A stretch of 64,000 nt of DNA from the human T2T-CHM13v2.0 reference genome, Homo sapiens. Positions within the stretch are counted from its first letter, which is position 1. The number at the start of each line of letters is the position of its first letter. The translations under genes and the position numbers were made by a program. Under the pieces are notes generated by a model that saw nothing but the letters and a program-made list of their open reading frames with translations, was not told the DNA's origin and searched no databases. Of the stretch, positions 29,657 through 43,770 are shown in pieces. The DNA lies in the NCBI RefSeq assembly GCF_009914755.1, contig NC_060934.1; one strand, given 5' to 3'.

Positions 29657-30018
29657 TGATATGGTTTGGCTCTGTGTCCCCACCAACTTCATATTGAATT
29701 GTAGTTCCTAATGTTGGGGGAGGACCTGGTGGGAGGTGATTGGATCATGGAGGCAAACCTTCCCCTTGCTCTTCTTGTGATATTGAGTGAGTTTTCAGGA
29801 GATCTGGTTGTTTAAAAGTGTGTAGCACTTCCCCCTTCACTCTCTCTTCTGCCACCATGTAAGGATGTACCTGCTTCCCCTTCACCCTTCAACCGTGACT
29901 GTATGTTTCCTGAGGCCTCTCCAGCCATGCCTAACTGCGAATCAATTAAACCTCTTTTCTTCATAAATTACCGAGTCTCAGGTAGTTCTTTATAGCAATG
30001 TGAGAATGGACTAATACA
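29657..30018 (+). mobile_element. MSTA solo LTR (MaLR)
   Basis: TGATATGGTTTGGCTCTGTGTCCCCACC ... GGACTAATACA with perfect 5-bp TSD GGGAT. Confidence 0.92.
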
Positions 30019-30671
30019 GGGATGAAAAGTAAGTTACATCTGAAGAAAAATATTACTCCTGTGTACACATGTCTCTCCACATGGAAGACAGGAACTTAGA
30101 GGTCTGGATGATTTCAGCCTGGTCTCTTTACTACTGGAGAACACTGAATGGGTCCTGACATGGCAAGACCCCATCACTCGGGTGGGAAATAATCTCCCTC
30201 ATGGAGATCTGACAAGCTGAGAAAGTGGAAGCCCGGGGCAATATCGGAGACTTTGGCAAACATTTGGTAGCAGAACTCTAACATGTTCATGGGGTGATGG
30301 AGGGCAGGGGGATTTGTGTTAAGCCTTATCACACAGATCCTCCTCAAATTCAGACTTCTGGTCTTAGCTTCACAAGAGATTATAAATACATCCATTAGAA
30401 ACTTATAAAAAGTACCAATTTCTAATAGAAATGTTAAGTGGAAAATGTAAAGTGTCAATATATGTGAAGTAGATTTTTCACACAATTTCACAATTAGTGC
30501 AACCATTTTTTATTTGATAGTGGAATGAGAAAAAGTGAAAGGTGTGTACCATGGTCTCTCTTGACTCTGAGAGACTGTGATTGTAGGATCAGCAGATATT
30601 CTTTAGAAACTTGTTTCAGTTCTGTTTGTATTTTCTGTTAGTGTTTTTCTCAGCAGTTAATAAAATTATTT

Positions 30672-31507
30672 AGAAGACATTTATGCAGCCAAAAAACACA
30701 CGAAAAAATGCTCACCATCACTGGCCATCAGAGCAATGCAAATCAAAACCACAATGAGATACCATCTCACACCAGTTAGAATGGCAATCATTAAAAAGTC
30801 AGGAAACAACAGGTGCTGGAGAGGATGTGGAGAAATAGGAACACTTTTACACTGTTGGTGGGACAGTAAACTAGCTCAACCATTGTGGAAGTCAGTGTAG
30901 TGATTCCTCAGGGATCTAGAACTAGAAATACCATTTGACCCAGCCATCCCATTACTGAGTATATATCCAAAGGACTATAAATCATGCTGCTATAAAGACA
31001 CATGCACACGTATGTTTATTGCAGCACTATTCACAATAGCAAAGACTTGGAACCAACCCAAATGTCCAACAATGATAGACTGGATTAAGAAAATGTGGCA
31101 CACATACACCATGGAATACTATGCAGCCATAAAAAATGATGAGTTCATGTCCTTTGTAGGGACATGGATGAAATTGGAAATCATCATTCTCAGTAAACTA
31201 TCGCAAAGACAAAAAAATCAAACACCGCATGTTCTCACTCATAGGTGGGAACTGAACAATGAGAACATATGGACACAGGAAGGGGAACATCACACTCTGG
31301 GGACTGTTGTGGGGTGGGGGGAGGGGGGAGGGATAGCATGAGGAGATATACCTAATGCTAACTGACGAGTTAATGGGTGCAGCACACCAGCATGGCACAT
31401 GTATACATAGGTAACTAACCTGCACATTGTGCACATGTACCCTAAAACTTAAAGTATAATAATAATAATAAAATAAAATAAAATAAAATAATAAAAGTAA
31501 AAAAAAA
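30672..31507 (+). mobile_element. 5'-truncated L1PA3-like element (end of ORF2, 3'UTR, A-tail)
   Basis: Near-consensus young L1 3' end, CACCAGCATGGCAC...GTAACTAACCTGCACATTG, with a (TAAAA)n tail. Confidence 0.93.
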
Positions 31508-32771
31508 TGCCAGTGTCTCAGCTTTTCTAAAGAGAACTGGCTAAAAGATTTCCATTCAGACTTAGGCAGGGGAGGCAGGTATGGTGCTGGTGAGAGGGAG
31601 AGCTGAAGACCTAAGGCAGGAAAAAGGGTGATAGTGAGTGTCAATCATGGGGACACCCCTAATACTACTTTTGCCTATTCAAATTTAGGCGACTTTGCAT
31701 TTCAATTTTCAGAAGGAAAGCTGCTATTGTACTGCATCCTTCATCTTCTGAGGGCTCTGCTTGGACAAGTTCAAATCCAGTCATTTCATTTGGCAGAGAT
31801 GGGACTTCATCTAAGCTGTCTCTGCTTCTGTGTAACCACAGGGAGCTCAAATCTTTATTACTTCCGGCTCCAACTTTCTTTGCCAATCCCCTCTCTCAAT
31901 TCAAAGGCAATCAGTACAAAAGGCTATTTTCTGTTCCTTCTTTTAGCCTATAACAGAACCATGGTGCTGGAAAAGACCAAATCTGCATAATATTACATAT
32001 GTGATTTAGTTCTTCCAAAGAAAGTTTGGAGTGAGCAGCTTGGAGTCTATTGCTAGTTGTATTGCAACAAGGGTTTCTTTCAGAGGACTGCTAAAACGTA
32101 CATGCTAATTGAAATCTGGAGGATGGGGACTGGGCGTCAGTCAACAGATGCAGTCTGGCTTTGGGGAGGCATTTGTCACAAATAACACTGCTGGAAACAA
32201 AGCTTACATACTGATCCTAGAACAAGCTGAGCAAGGAGAAGCTCCCTGTCTCCACGGATACACCAAGGGCTGCTTTCCGCCATAAAGCACTTGGGCTCCT
32301 GTTGCTGCAGGATAAAGCAGATCAGATGCTAATGCTTCTTGTCTGTGTAGGATGAGTCTGACCCTGTTGCCATGGAAGGAGGACGGCTTTCAGCTCGGAG
32401 AAATCCTGCTTTATCTTCTTGGCTACAGAGTGTCATTAAATGAGTGCCCTCGTTGAAGGTACAAAGGAGGAAGAGTGAGAAGAGAGGGTAGAAGGAGAGA
32501 AAAACTGATGAATAAAAACTGTGCTTTCAGACTCAGTACATGGCACCTGCATATGGTCAGCTATGGTTTTAAAAGTAGGTAGAAAGGTAGCTGCCCCCGG
32601 GATAAGTTCCTCACAAGGGAAAGCGTAAGGTGTCTTACTAAACTTTATATCCCCAGACTATGAGAGTGAGAGTCAAAAGACCCTCAAACATATATTTGAA
32701 ATGAATTTGAAGTAAACTGTTTAATGTTTGTTGAGGGACTGCGGGGATTACTCAAGTCAGTTACCTTTAAA

Positions 32772-32957
32772 ATCAATGTGCTCAAAATGTGTGCCTTTGA
32801 CTGAGCATCTCCATCATAATCACCTGGATCCCAACTCAGCTCTACTAATCATAATTTCTGGATAAGCAACCCTCCAACACCCAACCCACCTCAGCCCCAC
32901 CTAATCCCACAGGCCCAGGTGAATAATAAACATGCTAATATTTGAGAGATGCATTAC
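32772..32957. mobile_element. MER5-like hAT fossil
   Basis: ctcaaaatgtgtg...catc..aatcacctgg...ctactaatca..atttctgg...ggtgaat...tttgaga. Confidence 0.45.
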
Positions 32958-33107
32958 CTAGAATTTCCAGAATGGATTTATCACAGAAAAATCAATTTGG
33001 ACTACCTTTCATCTGAAGCTTCCCTGTCATACCGTGCATTTACTCCCAGTTTGTTGTCATCTGGTATTGTTTTCATAATTTCTGTATTTTAAAATTGCTT
33101 GTTTGCC

Positions 33108-34356
33108 AAAAAAAACACCTCAAAATGGACAAAGGACAGCAATAGGCACTTCTCAAAAGAAGACACATATGCATCTAACAAATATATGAAACAATGCCCA
33201 ACATCACTAATCACTAGAGAAAGGCAAGTCAAAACCACAATGAGATACTATCTCACACTAGTCAGAATGGTTATTACTAAAAAGCTGAAAAACAACAGAC
33301 GTAGGCGAGGTTGTGGAGAAAAGGAAGGCTTATACACTGTTGGTGTGAATGTAAAGCAGTTCAGTCACTGTGGAAAGCAGTTTGGAGATTTCTCAAAGAA
33401 TTTAAAACAGAATTGCCATTTGACCCAGCAATACCTTTACTAAGAATATGCTTAAAGGAAAATAAATTGTTCTACCAAAAAGACACAAATAAATTGTTCT
33501 ACCAAAAGACACTTCTATGTGCAGTACTATTCACAATAGCAAAGACACAGAATCAACCTAGATACCCATTAACATTGGACTGCATAAAGAAAATGTGGTG
33601 CATATACATCATGGAATCCTATGTAACCGTACAAAAAGCATGAAATAATGTCTTTTGCAGCAACATGGATGCAGCTGGAAGCCATTATCCTAAACAAATT
33701 AAAGCAGGAATAGAAAACCAAATACCACATATTTTCACTTACAAATGGGATCTTAACAGTGAGTACACATGGACATAAAGATGAAAACAACAGACACTGG
33801 GGACTAATAGAGGGGTGTATTAGTCCTTTTTCATGTTGCTGATAAAGACATAACCAAGACTGGATAATATACAAAAGAAAGAGTTTTATTTTTCTTACAG
33901 TTCCACATGGCTGGGGAAGCCTCCCAATCATGGTGGAAGGCAAGGAAGAGCAAGTCACATCTTACATGGATGGCAGCAGGCAAAAAGAGAGCTTGTACAG
34001 AGAAAACCCCATTTTTAAAACCATTAGATCTCGTGAGACCCATTCACTATCATGAGAACAGCAGGGGAAAGAACACCCCCATGATTCAATCATCTCCCAC
34101 TGGGTCCCTCCCACAACACGTGGGAATTATGGGAGCTACAAGATGAGATTTGGGTAGGGAGACAGAGCCAAACCATCTCAAGGGGGAAGATGGGAGGGAG
34201 AGAAGTGTTGGAAAGCTAACTATCTGGTATTATGCCCACTACCTGGTTGACGGCATCATTTGTACAACAATTATAAGCAATCTTATGCAACAATTTGTGT
34301 GCAATTTACTCATGTAACAAACCTGCACATGTACCCCCTGAAACTAAAAGTCAAAT
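33108..34356 (+). mobile_element. L1PA15/16-like 3' end, interrupted by THE1A
   Basis: ORF2 C-terminal remnant and a 3'UTR ending ACCTGCACATGTACCCCCTGAAACTAAAA. Contains a 26/27-bp tandem duplication at 33460-33512. Confidence 0.85.
33816..34180 (-). mobile_element. THE1A solo LTR
   Basis: TGTATTAGTCC...ACATGGATGGCAGCAGGC...GAGCTACAAGATGAGATTTGG...CCAAACCATCTCA; TSD AGGGG. Confidence 0.92.
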
Positions 34357-35934
34357 TTTATATATTATTTGACTTTTAGTATTTTATATCTATATATACA
34401 CATTTGACTTTTAGTTTCAGAGGGTATAATATTTATAACAATATAAATACTTATAACTATATTGCTTTATATATATAAATAAATAAATAATTTCTTGTTT
34501 GGATATGAGTATTCTTTCCTGAACTGCTTTCTACCCTGTTATTACAGTTGTGTTCTCCAGCTCTAAGACTAGTCTGTGAATTTCAGTTGTGTCCTTTTGG
34601 TGCCCAAGCCACACTGAGAGCTCTCAATAGGACTCTCTTTACAGCCTGCCCTGACTTATTACTACTATTCCTCTAAGTCTTAAAAGATTTTTTAGTATTA
34701 AAGAGTAACTCCACTCTCATTAGAAAGACATCCTCATTACTGATGAGCAGTTTAGCATTATGAATTAAGCAAGATTTGTAACCATACTTACCCAGTGAAT
34801 AAATAACGATATAGACTAAAAGAGAATGATAAATATTAATCATGGGATTATTCAACATATAATGGTAAAATTTGGAAGCAATGCAAATGTCTGTGAAATA
34901 AGCTTTACATGCTACATGAGGAAAGCTATTAATAATATTCAAATGTCCTGGCCATGTAATATGAATAAAATATTTAAAACAGTATTAAATCAGATCATTC
35001 AGTTAGATCTCAATGGATTTTGTCCCTAAAGACTACCCATGCCATTCAAAATTTAGAGTAACCAGAAAAAAAAGAAAGAAAAGAAATGGAAGAAAATAAA
35101 ATTGAGAGTTGAACTGGGGAACAAGAGAGAGAAGGAATAAAGGAAGAAATAAAATTATTAAAAAGATAAAATAGGAAGAACATAATTACAAAGAGTGCAC
35201 TAAGAGAGCTGAAACCAAGCCTCAGCCAGCTGTCTCCATAGTGTTCTCACCAGGTTTAATTTATCCGGGACTCATTGTAGTCACTGGCACAATTGCTGGC
35301 CAAGATAAGGGCTCTAAAATTGTGTGAATGTTGCCAAAGGCAGTGGAGTTTTGGAAAAGGAACCTCCCCAAATAAGGAAGAATGTAAGGAAAAAAAGCAC
35401 TGTTTTGGTTCTTGCCAGATGAAAGCTACCTTTTCCCTGGCTAGACACCCTAGTATGATCTTACGTATGGGGGAAGCATTAGGTAAATAACAGTAGACAA
35501 TTCAAGTGTAATGATAATGAATTTTAGGCCACAAACTGAGAGACACAATGAATCAAAATTCTTTAATTTTTTATTTTGCAACTAAATTTCTATTTTAAGC
35601 CCCTTCTCTGCAAAGGTATTGGAATATTTGATCTATTTCAGTTTATCTGCACTTCACAGCTTTTTCTCCCTATGCTGACTCTGAGTATCAAGGTATGAGA
35701 GCTCATCATGCTGTTAGTTCAGCTTTTCATTGTTCAGTCACTCTTTGTGCCCATCCACAAAGCCCCATTCTATTAACCACATCTTTCTATTAACTTTGTG
35801 TCATTTATGGCTACAAAGGTGTCTTCCTGATACTGCTGTGCCTTGCAGAGCCACTGGAAATATCAAATATCTGCAAGACTGCCTAAGGCCTCATTTTTCT
35901 AGACACATCACACAGCCACTTCCTCTTTATGGAG

Positions 35935-36165
35935 ACTTACTACCTTTCCACAAATTCTTTTCTTCCCTGTATCCATGCATATGCAATGTGACTGACTTAG
36001 CTTTTCAATCCCTTGAATATGGTCTTGTAACTTGTTTTAGCCAATGCACATGTGCCAACCATGGTATAAGCAGAAACTTGAAACGTGCCAGCATACTTTT
36101 CCTGTACTGGATTGGAAACTTGAGACCATCCTGGAAAAGTGAATAAGCCTGAGCTAGCCTTTGGT
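35935..36165 (+). mobile_element. Old MLT1-type LTR fragment
   Basis: ccctgtatccatgc...gcaatgtgact...cccttgaat...gtaacttgttttagccaat...aagcctgagctagcct. Confidence 0.5.
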
Positions 36166-36299
36166 CACCTTAACTCTTTACTCTAAACCAGGGGCTGGTG
36201 GGATTCTAGTCCCCTCACTAGACTGCATAAGGTGGACGGGGTTTTTTAGTTTTTACATTGTAAATTGTGCAGCATAGTTGTGTATTGAGTCACAAGGGT

Positions 36300-37200
36300 G
36301 CAGTACACATGGAAAAAGTGATGATGTTAGAGAAACCAAAAGTAATAGTAGGAAGTCCTAGAGAAAACAAGCAGCAATGGGGCTTAGAGCCTGAGTGTAA
36401 TATCCAGTTAGTAACAGGGACAGGGATGTCACAATAGCAGTGAGAAAGAATGCTGAGAATGTGAGTCCAGTTGCATGCAAGTTGGTAGATTCGATGGTGG
36501 AAGAGAATTTTTCTTACTTCCGTGAGTTTTTCACTGAGAGTAAAGGTGGTCTGGAGAGAATGTGGAATTTGAAAGAAGAACTAAAGTGAGTTCACTAGAC
36601 AAATGTAGAAGGGTGTCTGGGCACTTCTGAGTGGTCCTGGGTACTCATTTAAAATTTGCTGTTACAAATTAAAATGGAGTCCTAGTGGTAAGGCTGTGTG
36701 ATTCCTCCAGACACTGGGAGCAGAGAGAGACAAGTAGGGAGGAAGTTAGGTTTGGGTAGTGCTGGAGTTTTGTGAGATTGTCAGCGGGTGTCAGGGGAAG
36801 GTGGAAAGACTTGAAAGTACATTAAACAACTTACTGCAATGATGGACCATGAACCCTAAGCTGGTTGAGGGAAAATGAGTACATAAGCCAGGAGAAAGTG
36901 GAAAACTTGTAGTCTAAGTGGGTTAGAAGTTCAAATGGAGTTAAATTTTTGTCATGGATGGAATGGAGTAAATGAGCATAAAATATAGAAAATGGTGATC
37001 ACAGAGATTTGAAATTTAGGCTTTGGAAAGATGGTATAAATAGTACTGATAACAATGACTAAGCAATTAAGAGAGAATTGGGTAAAGTGGTAAAAATATG
37101 AGAGCCATTTACAACGAATTATCCCCATGACTGTTACTGTCCCCAAGAAAGATTGCAAGTTCAGCATTAAAAAAAAGTGACTACAGTGCTAAAATTGGAA
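36300..37200 (-). mobile_element. L2 internal fragment (degenerate)
   Basis: Purine-rich L2-like antisense text, e.g. gatggaccatgaaccctaagctgg. Confidence 0.4.
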
Positions 37201-37228
37201 GATTAGTAAACAATAACAATGAGAAGGG

Positions 37229-37579
37229 TAATATGGTTTGGCTGTGTCCCCACCCAATCTCATCTTGAATTGTAGCTCCCGTAATTCCCACATGTCATGG
37301 GAGGGACCTGGTGGGAGGTAATTAAATCACAGGAAGCGGTCTTTCCCATGCTACTCTCATGATAGTGAATAAGTGTCACAAGATCTTCTAAAGGGAGTTC
37401 CCCTACACCAGCTCTCTTGCCTGCTGCCATGTAAGACGTAACTTTGCTCATTTGCCTTCAGCCATGATTGTGAGGCCTCCCCAGCCATGTGGAACTGTGA
37501 GTTGATTAAACCTCTTTCCTTTATAAATTACCCAGTCTTCGGTATGTTTTTATTAGCAGCATGAGAACAGACTAATACA
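37229..37579 (+). mobile_element. THE1B-like solo LTR
   Basis: ATATGGTTTGGCTGTGTCCCCACCCAATCTCATCTTGAATTGTAGCTCCC ... CAGACTAATACA; TSD AAGGG. Confidence 0.92.
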
Positions 37580-38200
37580 AAGGGATAGAAAGTGGCCATG
37601 TATGACATCAAACAGCAGGGGTTTTTGAGGGAGAAAAGAAACAACAGCCAGAATTACGAAACAGTCTTATTTCTGGGACTTGTGTTGTAAGGATTATGAG
37701 GATCAAAAAATACTGATGACTTCACAAAGCCTCAAGGGAAGCAGTGAATTCAGTAGAGATGCAGTGTTCTATTCATGGCAAGGAGAAGAAATAATAACTG
37801 AAAAGGTTAAAGAGACAGAATTTTTGTGATGCTAGAAGATTTTGAGGATTTTGAGAGTTTTGGGGGACTAATGAACAGTATAAATCCAATTACAGGATTC
37901 ACATATTCACATTGGGGTAAAATCCATCTAGGTGTAGAAACAAGGAATTTTAGACTTGCGATGGTGAAGGACATAAGCAAGGACATAGGGAATGATTGGT
38001 TCTTTCCAAACTATTTAACACGGAAAGATAAATTATAAAAAATATACTCTTTTTGAGTTTAGTTGAAGTGGTGAATCACAGTCCTTATGATATTGTTCGT
38101 TTATCAAGAAGAGCTAGATAAACACATTGTTTCTTACTACATCCTATTTTATAGCCAAGAAGAACTAGAATAAAGTCTAGTTAGTGCTAAAGAAAAGAAA

Positions 38201-38257
38201 AAAAAAGGGATCATATTCAAAAATGACCTTACAAGAAAACTTACATGAGGGGAAAGG
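38201..38257 (+). repeat. About 56-bp dispersed direct repeat of 39095-39150
   Basis: ggatcatattcaaaaatgaccttacaagaaaacttacatgaggggaaagg versus ggatcatattcaaaatggccttacaaggaaacttacacgaggggaaagg. Confidence 0.92.
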
Positions 38258-40279
38258 AACTAGACTTTAGAACTAGACTTTAGTTCGAAACGAACTAGAC
38301 TTTAGACTTTAGTTCTAAAGTCTCCTCAGGTTCTTCTTGGCTATTAAATAGCATGTAGTGTAAATTCAGAATGTATTTATTGTTAATAGAGCTCCAAATG
38401 CTAGCCCTTCAGAAATGAGTATGTGGCCATTGTATTTACAAAACTGTCTTAGATTTTGTCAGAGCTCTCAGAGTCTTGATGACTGAGATCAGTGGTTTCT
38501 TAATTGGAAATGACTGAGCTTTACTCTTCCCCACTTGGGATGAGTCTAGTTTCTTGCATTAAGGTAATGCAAAAGGAACCAACCTGGCAATAGCAGGGTG
38601 TTTCAGCAAAATGCCTCTGATGTACTTAGTGCAGTCTATGAAATTTAAAAAGGACCTTTAGGGATGTAGAGACTTTACATCTCTTTACCCTCCTACTTAG
38701 TACATTCATTTTCAAATGCCAATGTTAACACTTTTCCACCTGAACTTGCTAAAATTGTGCAGAATGATTATAACCTTATCAATAAAGTCAGAATTTTAAA
38801 AATGGACTGCAAGATTTAATTTTCAGATCCCATGAGTTTCTATTGATTTGGGAGTACACAGCCAGGAGTAGTGAGAAAGTAATCTGCAATTTGTATCAAG
38901 GATGCCTATTTCAAATGCCTTTGTGTTCCAAAGTTGTTACACTGCAGAAAAATAGGTAACACTGCTGATGAGAAAAACTCATGAAAATCTTCCTAGATAA
39001 TATATTTTCCTAAATTCAGTTTTAAATGTGAGAATAAGAGATTCTAAATATGTGAACTTACATACTTTAAAAAAACAAATATAAGTAAAGCTGTAAAAAA
39101 AGGATCATATTCAAAATGGCCTTACAAGGAAACTTACACGAGGGGAAAGGTTTTTATTGTAATTTTGTCTTAGAATATGTCTTTTGGACTTTAAAATGCC
39201 TAATTATGACAACAAAGTGAGAACTAAAAAAAGGAACTATATGAAAAAAGAAATTTGCCTACAGTTATGTCATTGAACATTTCCACGTGTGCCTAATTTT
39301 TCACGTTCAACTAGAATAAAAGTATATGAGTAAACTTAGAGAATTTAAAAAGTATTATACAAATATTTCTTCAAAGATGGCATTTATTTGGTTTCCTCTA
39401 CAATGTCTAATTTAGGTGTCTTTACTTCTAGATCAAAGGCAAAATGAAATGAGTGGAAGCACCGTGAATAGTGATGCTTTCTTACTCACCAGACTAACAC
39501 AACTAGAGGAATACATAGGCAGCAAAATTATGGTCTATGCCAATAGAGAACTTATCCTGAACTTGCAGACAGAACATTTATTAAATGGTACATATAGAAA
39601 TCTAAACGTTCCTCAGAGTTCCTACAGTTCAACATTGGCCAAGGAAAATTGGAGAAGGCCATGGGCTAGAAGGGAGGTTGCCTTAAATGAGTGAAGAGAC
39701 GTGATCTAGAGAGGAGATGATTTTGAGCTCACAAACATGGACAAAGCAGATTTAGTCAAATACAAACTGCAATACACAAGGATGTATCATTATTTTTGCT
39801 CAAAGAAAAAGTTTGCCTCAAATTATACATTGTAATATGCATGGATTTGACAAAATATAAACATTTTCTCATTGATTATGTTATGTAGGAAATGCATTTT
39901 ATTATTTGTTTCCAGATCACATAAGGACAATCAAAATTTCTCTGCAATCTCTTTTTTAAAAAGCAATAATATCTGTGTTTTATTTTATACTCGATTTATT
40001 GAATCCTTTGATTTCCAGAATGCAAAAACACAAACATCTAATATCAATTTTGTATATAGTTCTGGGTAACTACGGATTTACTAAATCACTCCTGGACTTA
40101 CATACCAGGTTAAAAATTTCTATATTGCTACTCTGTAATGCATATTTTCTACAAAAAAATAAAATAAAATAATTCACAGTGAAATGGACAGATTCATCTC
40201 CCTGGGAATTAACATGTTTGTTTTTGTGAAGAGAGATCTACATTAATTAATATATTGTCTTTCCTTCCAGTAGCTTTCA

Positions 40280-41030
40280 ATTTTTTATGGAGAATATAAG
40301 ACATAAACTGACAGAATAATATGTATAAACTTGCGTATGTCCATCACCTAGCTTCGACAATGAACTCATGGTGAACCACATTAAATCTATGACCATTCAC
40401 TGTTTTTCTCTATTATTTCGAAAAAAATTATATACCATGTAATTTTCTTCATAAGTATTTCAGTATGCATCTCTAAAAGACAAGGGCTTTGTTAGACATA
40501 AAAACAACACCATTATCACACCAAAAATAATTTAAAAATCATTTTCAATGTAATCAAATTTGCAGCTAGTATTCAAATTTCCATTGTCTTACAGAGTTCT
40601 TGCTTATTTTTAACATTTACTTGAATTAGGATTTAAATAATGCCCTGACATTGGGATTGCTCGATATATCTTTTAAGTCTCTTTTAATCTATATAATCTT
40701 TCTGTTTTTCGCTCTGTCCCTCTCTTGCAATTTATTAGTCAAATAAGCAGGGTAATTTGGTTTGTGGACTACTACAAAATGAGTATTTTGTTGATTGCAT
40801 CTCCATAGTAGAATTTAACATGCTCCTCTGTCCTCTGTACTTCCTATAAATTGGAAATTAGATATAGAAGCTTGATCTGATTCAGGTTAGATTTTCTTTT
40901 TTCAATACTATTTTATAAATGATGTGTTTTTTTCATTAGGAAGCAAAAAATATCCAGCTATCTCTCTTTTTATGACATAGTCAGTCTTTGTTGCGGAATG
41001 TCTACACTCATTTCTTCAGTGGAGATTGAA
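40280..41030 (-). mobile_element. Old L1M (L1MC4/5-like) 3' region
   Basis: ccatcacctagcttc...taagtatttcagtatgcatctctaaaaga...ccattatcacacc...tattcaaatttcc. Confidence 0.65.
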
Positions 41031-41605
41031 AATGATTTAACTTAACCCCCCTTCCTCACCAAAGTCCCAGTAAACTTCCCAGGGCAGACAGACAGAAAAA
41101 AAAATCTCCTAAAGTGCATAATTCTTTAATACCAGACCTCCCCACCCCACCAAAAAAAAAAAAAAAAAAAAAAAACTTCTTGAATTCTACACCTATTGGT
41201 CCATTATGGCTCCAGGAATGTAAAAAACCTAATGCCATGAATCACTGTATGGGGAACAGATTAGGGATAATTTCAAGTTCACTGTATTTGAAGTATATGC
41301 AGGATAATTAATCAGGTGTTTGTTTCAATAGCTTCTTGATTCTTTAATTTTTGCTAACATTCACTAAAATCCCATCAGTGCTGGAGACTCGTCAGACATT
41401 TGCATATCCCAGGCAAGTGCGAATGAATGCTTTTCAGTAGCCAGTTAAGTTGCTGCTTCTACTGTTTTTCCAAGCAAGTTGACTGATCACAGGATCCTCT
41501 GGGATCAGAGTCATGCTGGTTCTGCTGCTGATATTCCCTATGACCTTATCTTTGGTTTTTGGTTTTGTGTGGAATGAGAGGTCCCAAAGAGTAGATGCTC
41601 ATTAA

Positions 41606-42241
<636 letters not shown>

Positions 42242-42714
42242 TGAGACCTTTCTTAATTCAGACATTTCCACTTCTGAGATTCCCTTAATGGAACACAGAA
42301 AAGTACATTAGGGAGGAGCCAATGTTAACGTGCTCGTTTACAACCACAGTACACAATCTGCTTTGCACAATACCTACTACATGGTAGTAAATCATTACTC
42401 ATTTAGGAAACGAATGAAAATTTTAGCCTGTCTGCCCCTTTTAAAATATACTTTCTAGCAAAATAGATCATCCATGGGATTTTTGTTTCCCAAAACCCAT
42501 GGGAATTTGTAGTAATTACACACAAAAAAATTCTCCTTCCGTAATCTCTTCTCCCACAGTTACCGAATGACTGGGACACATTAAACAATATGCAGTTCCC
42601 AAAGATTATCTGATGTTCTTAAATATCTATACCTTTGCAAATTCTGTCATCCTTCAAAAACTTCTCCTAACCTACCTTTTTTCCTGCTCACCTAATTTTT
42701 AAGACATGCAGCTA

Positions 42715-43128
42715 AACAAGCATTTATTAAATGGGCACAGGCACATTGAGACACAGATGAGAACAGGTTGGACCCCTCAAAAAATTTGCAGCTAAGTCAG
42801 GGAAACAGACATGTAGACAAAACATGTAATGTGTTGTGATGCACGCCAATGTAGAGATTGTTCAGTGGTGAAATTAAGGGGGCAAATTTCAGCTTGTGAG
42901 GCTCAGGAAAGATTTTTTTGAAAGAAAAGAAAAGAGAAAATAAAAAGAAAAGAAAAAAAGAAAAGAAGGAAAGAAGGAGAAGGAAGGAGAAGAGAGGGAA
43001 GGAAGGGAAGGAAGGGAAGGAAGGAGAAAGAGAGAGAAAGGAAAGAAAGAAAGAGAGAAAGAAAGAAAAAGGAAGGAAGGAAGGAAGAAAGACAGACAGG
43101 AAGGAAGGAAGGAAGAAAAAGAAAGAAA

Positions 43129-43192
<64 letters not shown>

Positions 43193-43560
43193 AAAATGAA
43201 CTAGGTGTCCACTAGGCAGATCAATGTTGGAGGAAGAGAATTATAGTCACAGGGAACAGCATGTGTCAAGGCACAGAGGCTTGAAACAGCATGGCACAAT
43301 TGCTATGACTGAAGAACTAAGAGGCATTTTTTTTAATGTATTTTTAATGAATATCCACAGATGGGCAGAGGCAAGGACAGGGGATACCTTACATAATGTA
43401 CTAAAGAGTTTGGAATTTATCCTACAGATAAGGGACTAATGATATTTTTTTAAATATTAGGTATGACACTGCTAGATTTGGGTTTTAGAATGATCATTTG
43501 GTGACAATACAGATAATATACTGGAAGTAAATTAAATAGGAGTTTTTGAAATTAGTTGGA
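42715..43560 (-). mobile_element. L2 3' region, interrupted by a GA-rich simple repeat
   Basis: aacaagcatttatta...cagggaacagcatgtgtcaaggcacagagg...gagtttggaatttatcct...ttttagaatgatca. Confidence 0.7.
42920..43195. repeat. Polypurine compound microsatellite (GGAA)n/(GAAA)n
   Basis: Directly visible. The pure (GAAA)n block lies at about 43131-43194. Confidence 0.97.
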
Positions 43561-43636
43561 AAACTATATGGGAGTAACTAGTTTAAAGTAACTTCATTTA
43601 AAAAGGCTTTTTCTCATCTCCTGGCATAGGTTGAGT

Positions 43637-43770
43637 AAGGTAGTCATATAATTTATAATTGCAACCAGGATTCTTTCCAGGGTGAAATCGGGTACCAACA
43701 ATAATTACTCAAGAACATTTGAAGTAAACCAGAATTCTCCCAGGTAAAGTGGGATATACAGTGATCTTAA
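43637..43770 (+). mobile_element. MER94 (hAT-Blackjack MITE)
   Basis: ggtagtcatataatttataattgcaaccaggattc...gtgaaa...aataattac...gtaaaccagaattctcccaggtaaagtgggatatacagtgatctta. Confidence 0.7.

Noticed and set aside
42918-43199. Lys/Glu/Arg-rich ORF
   Set aside because: It is the translation of the GA microsatellite.
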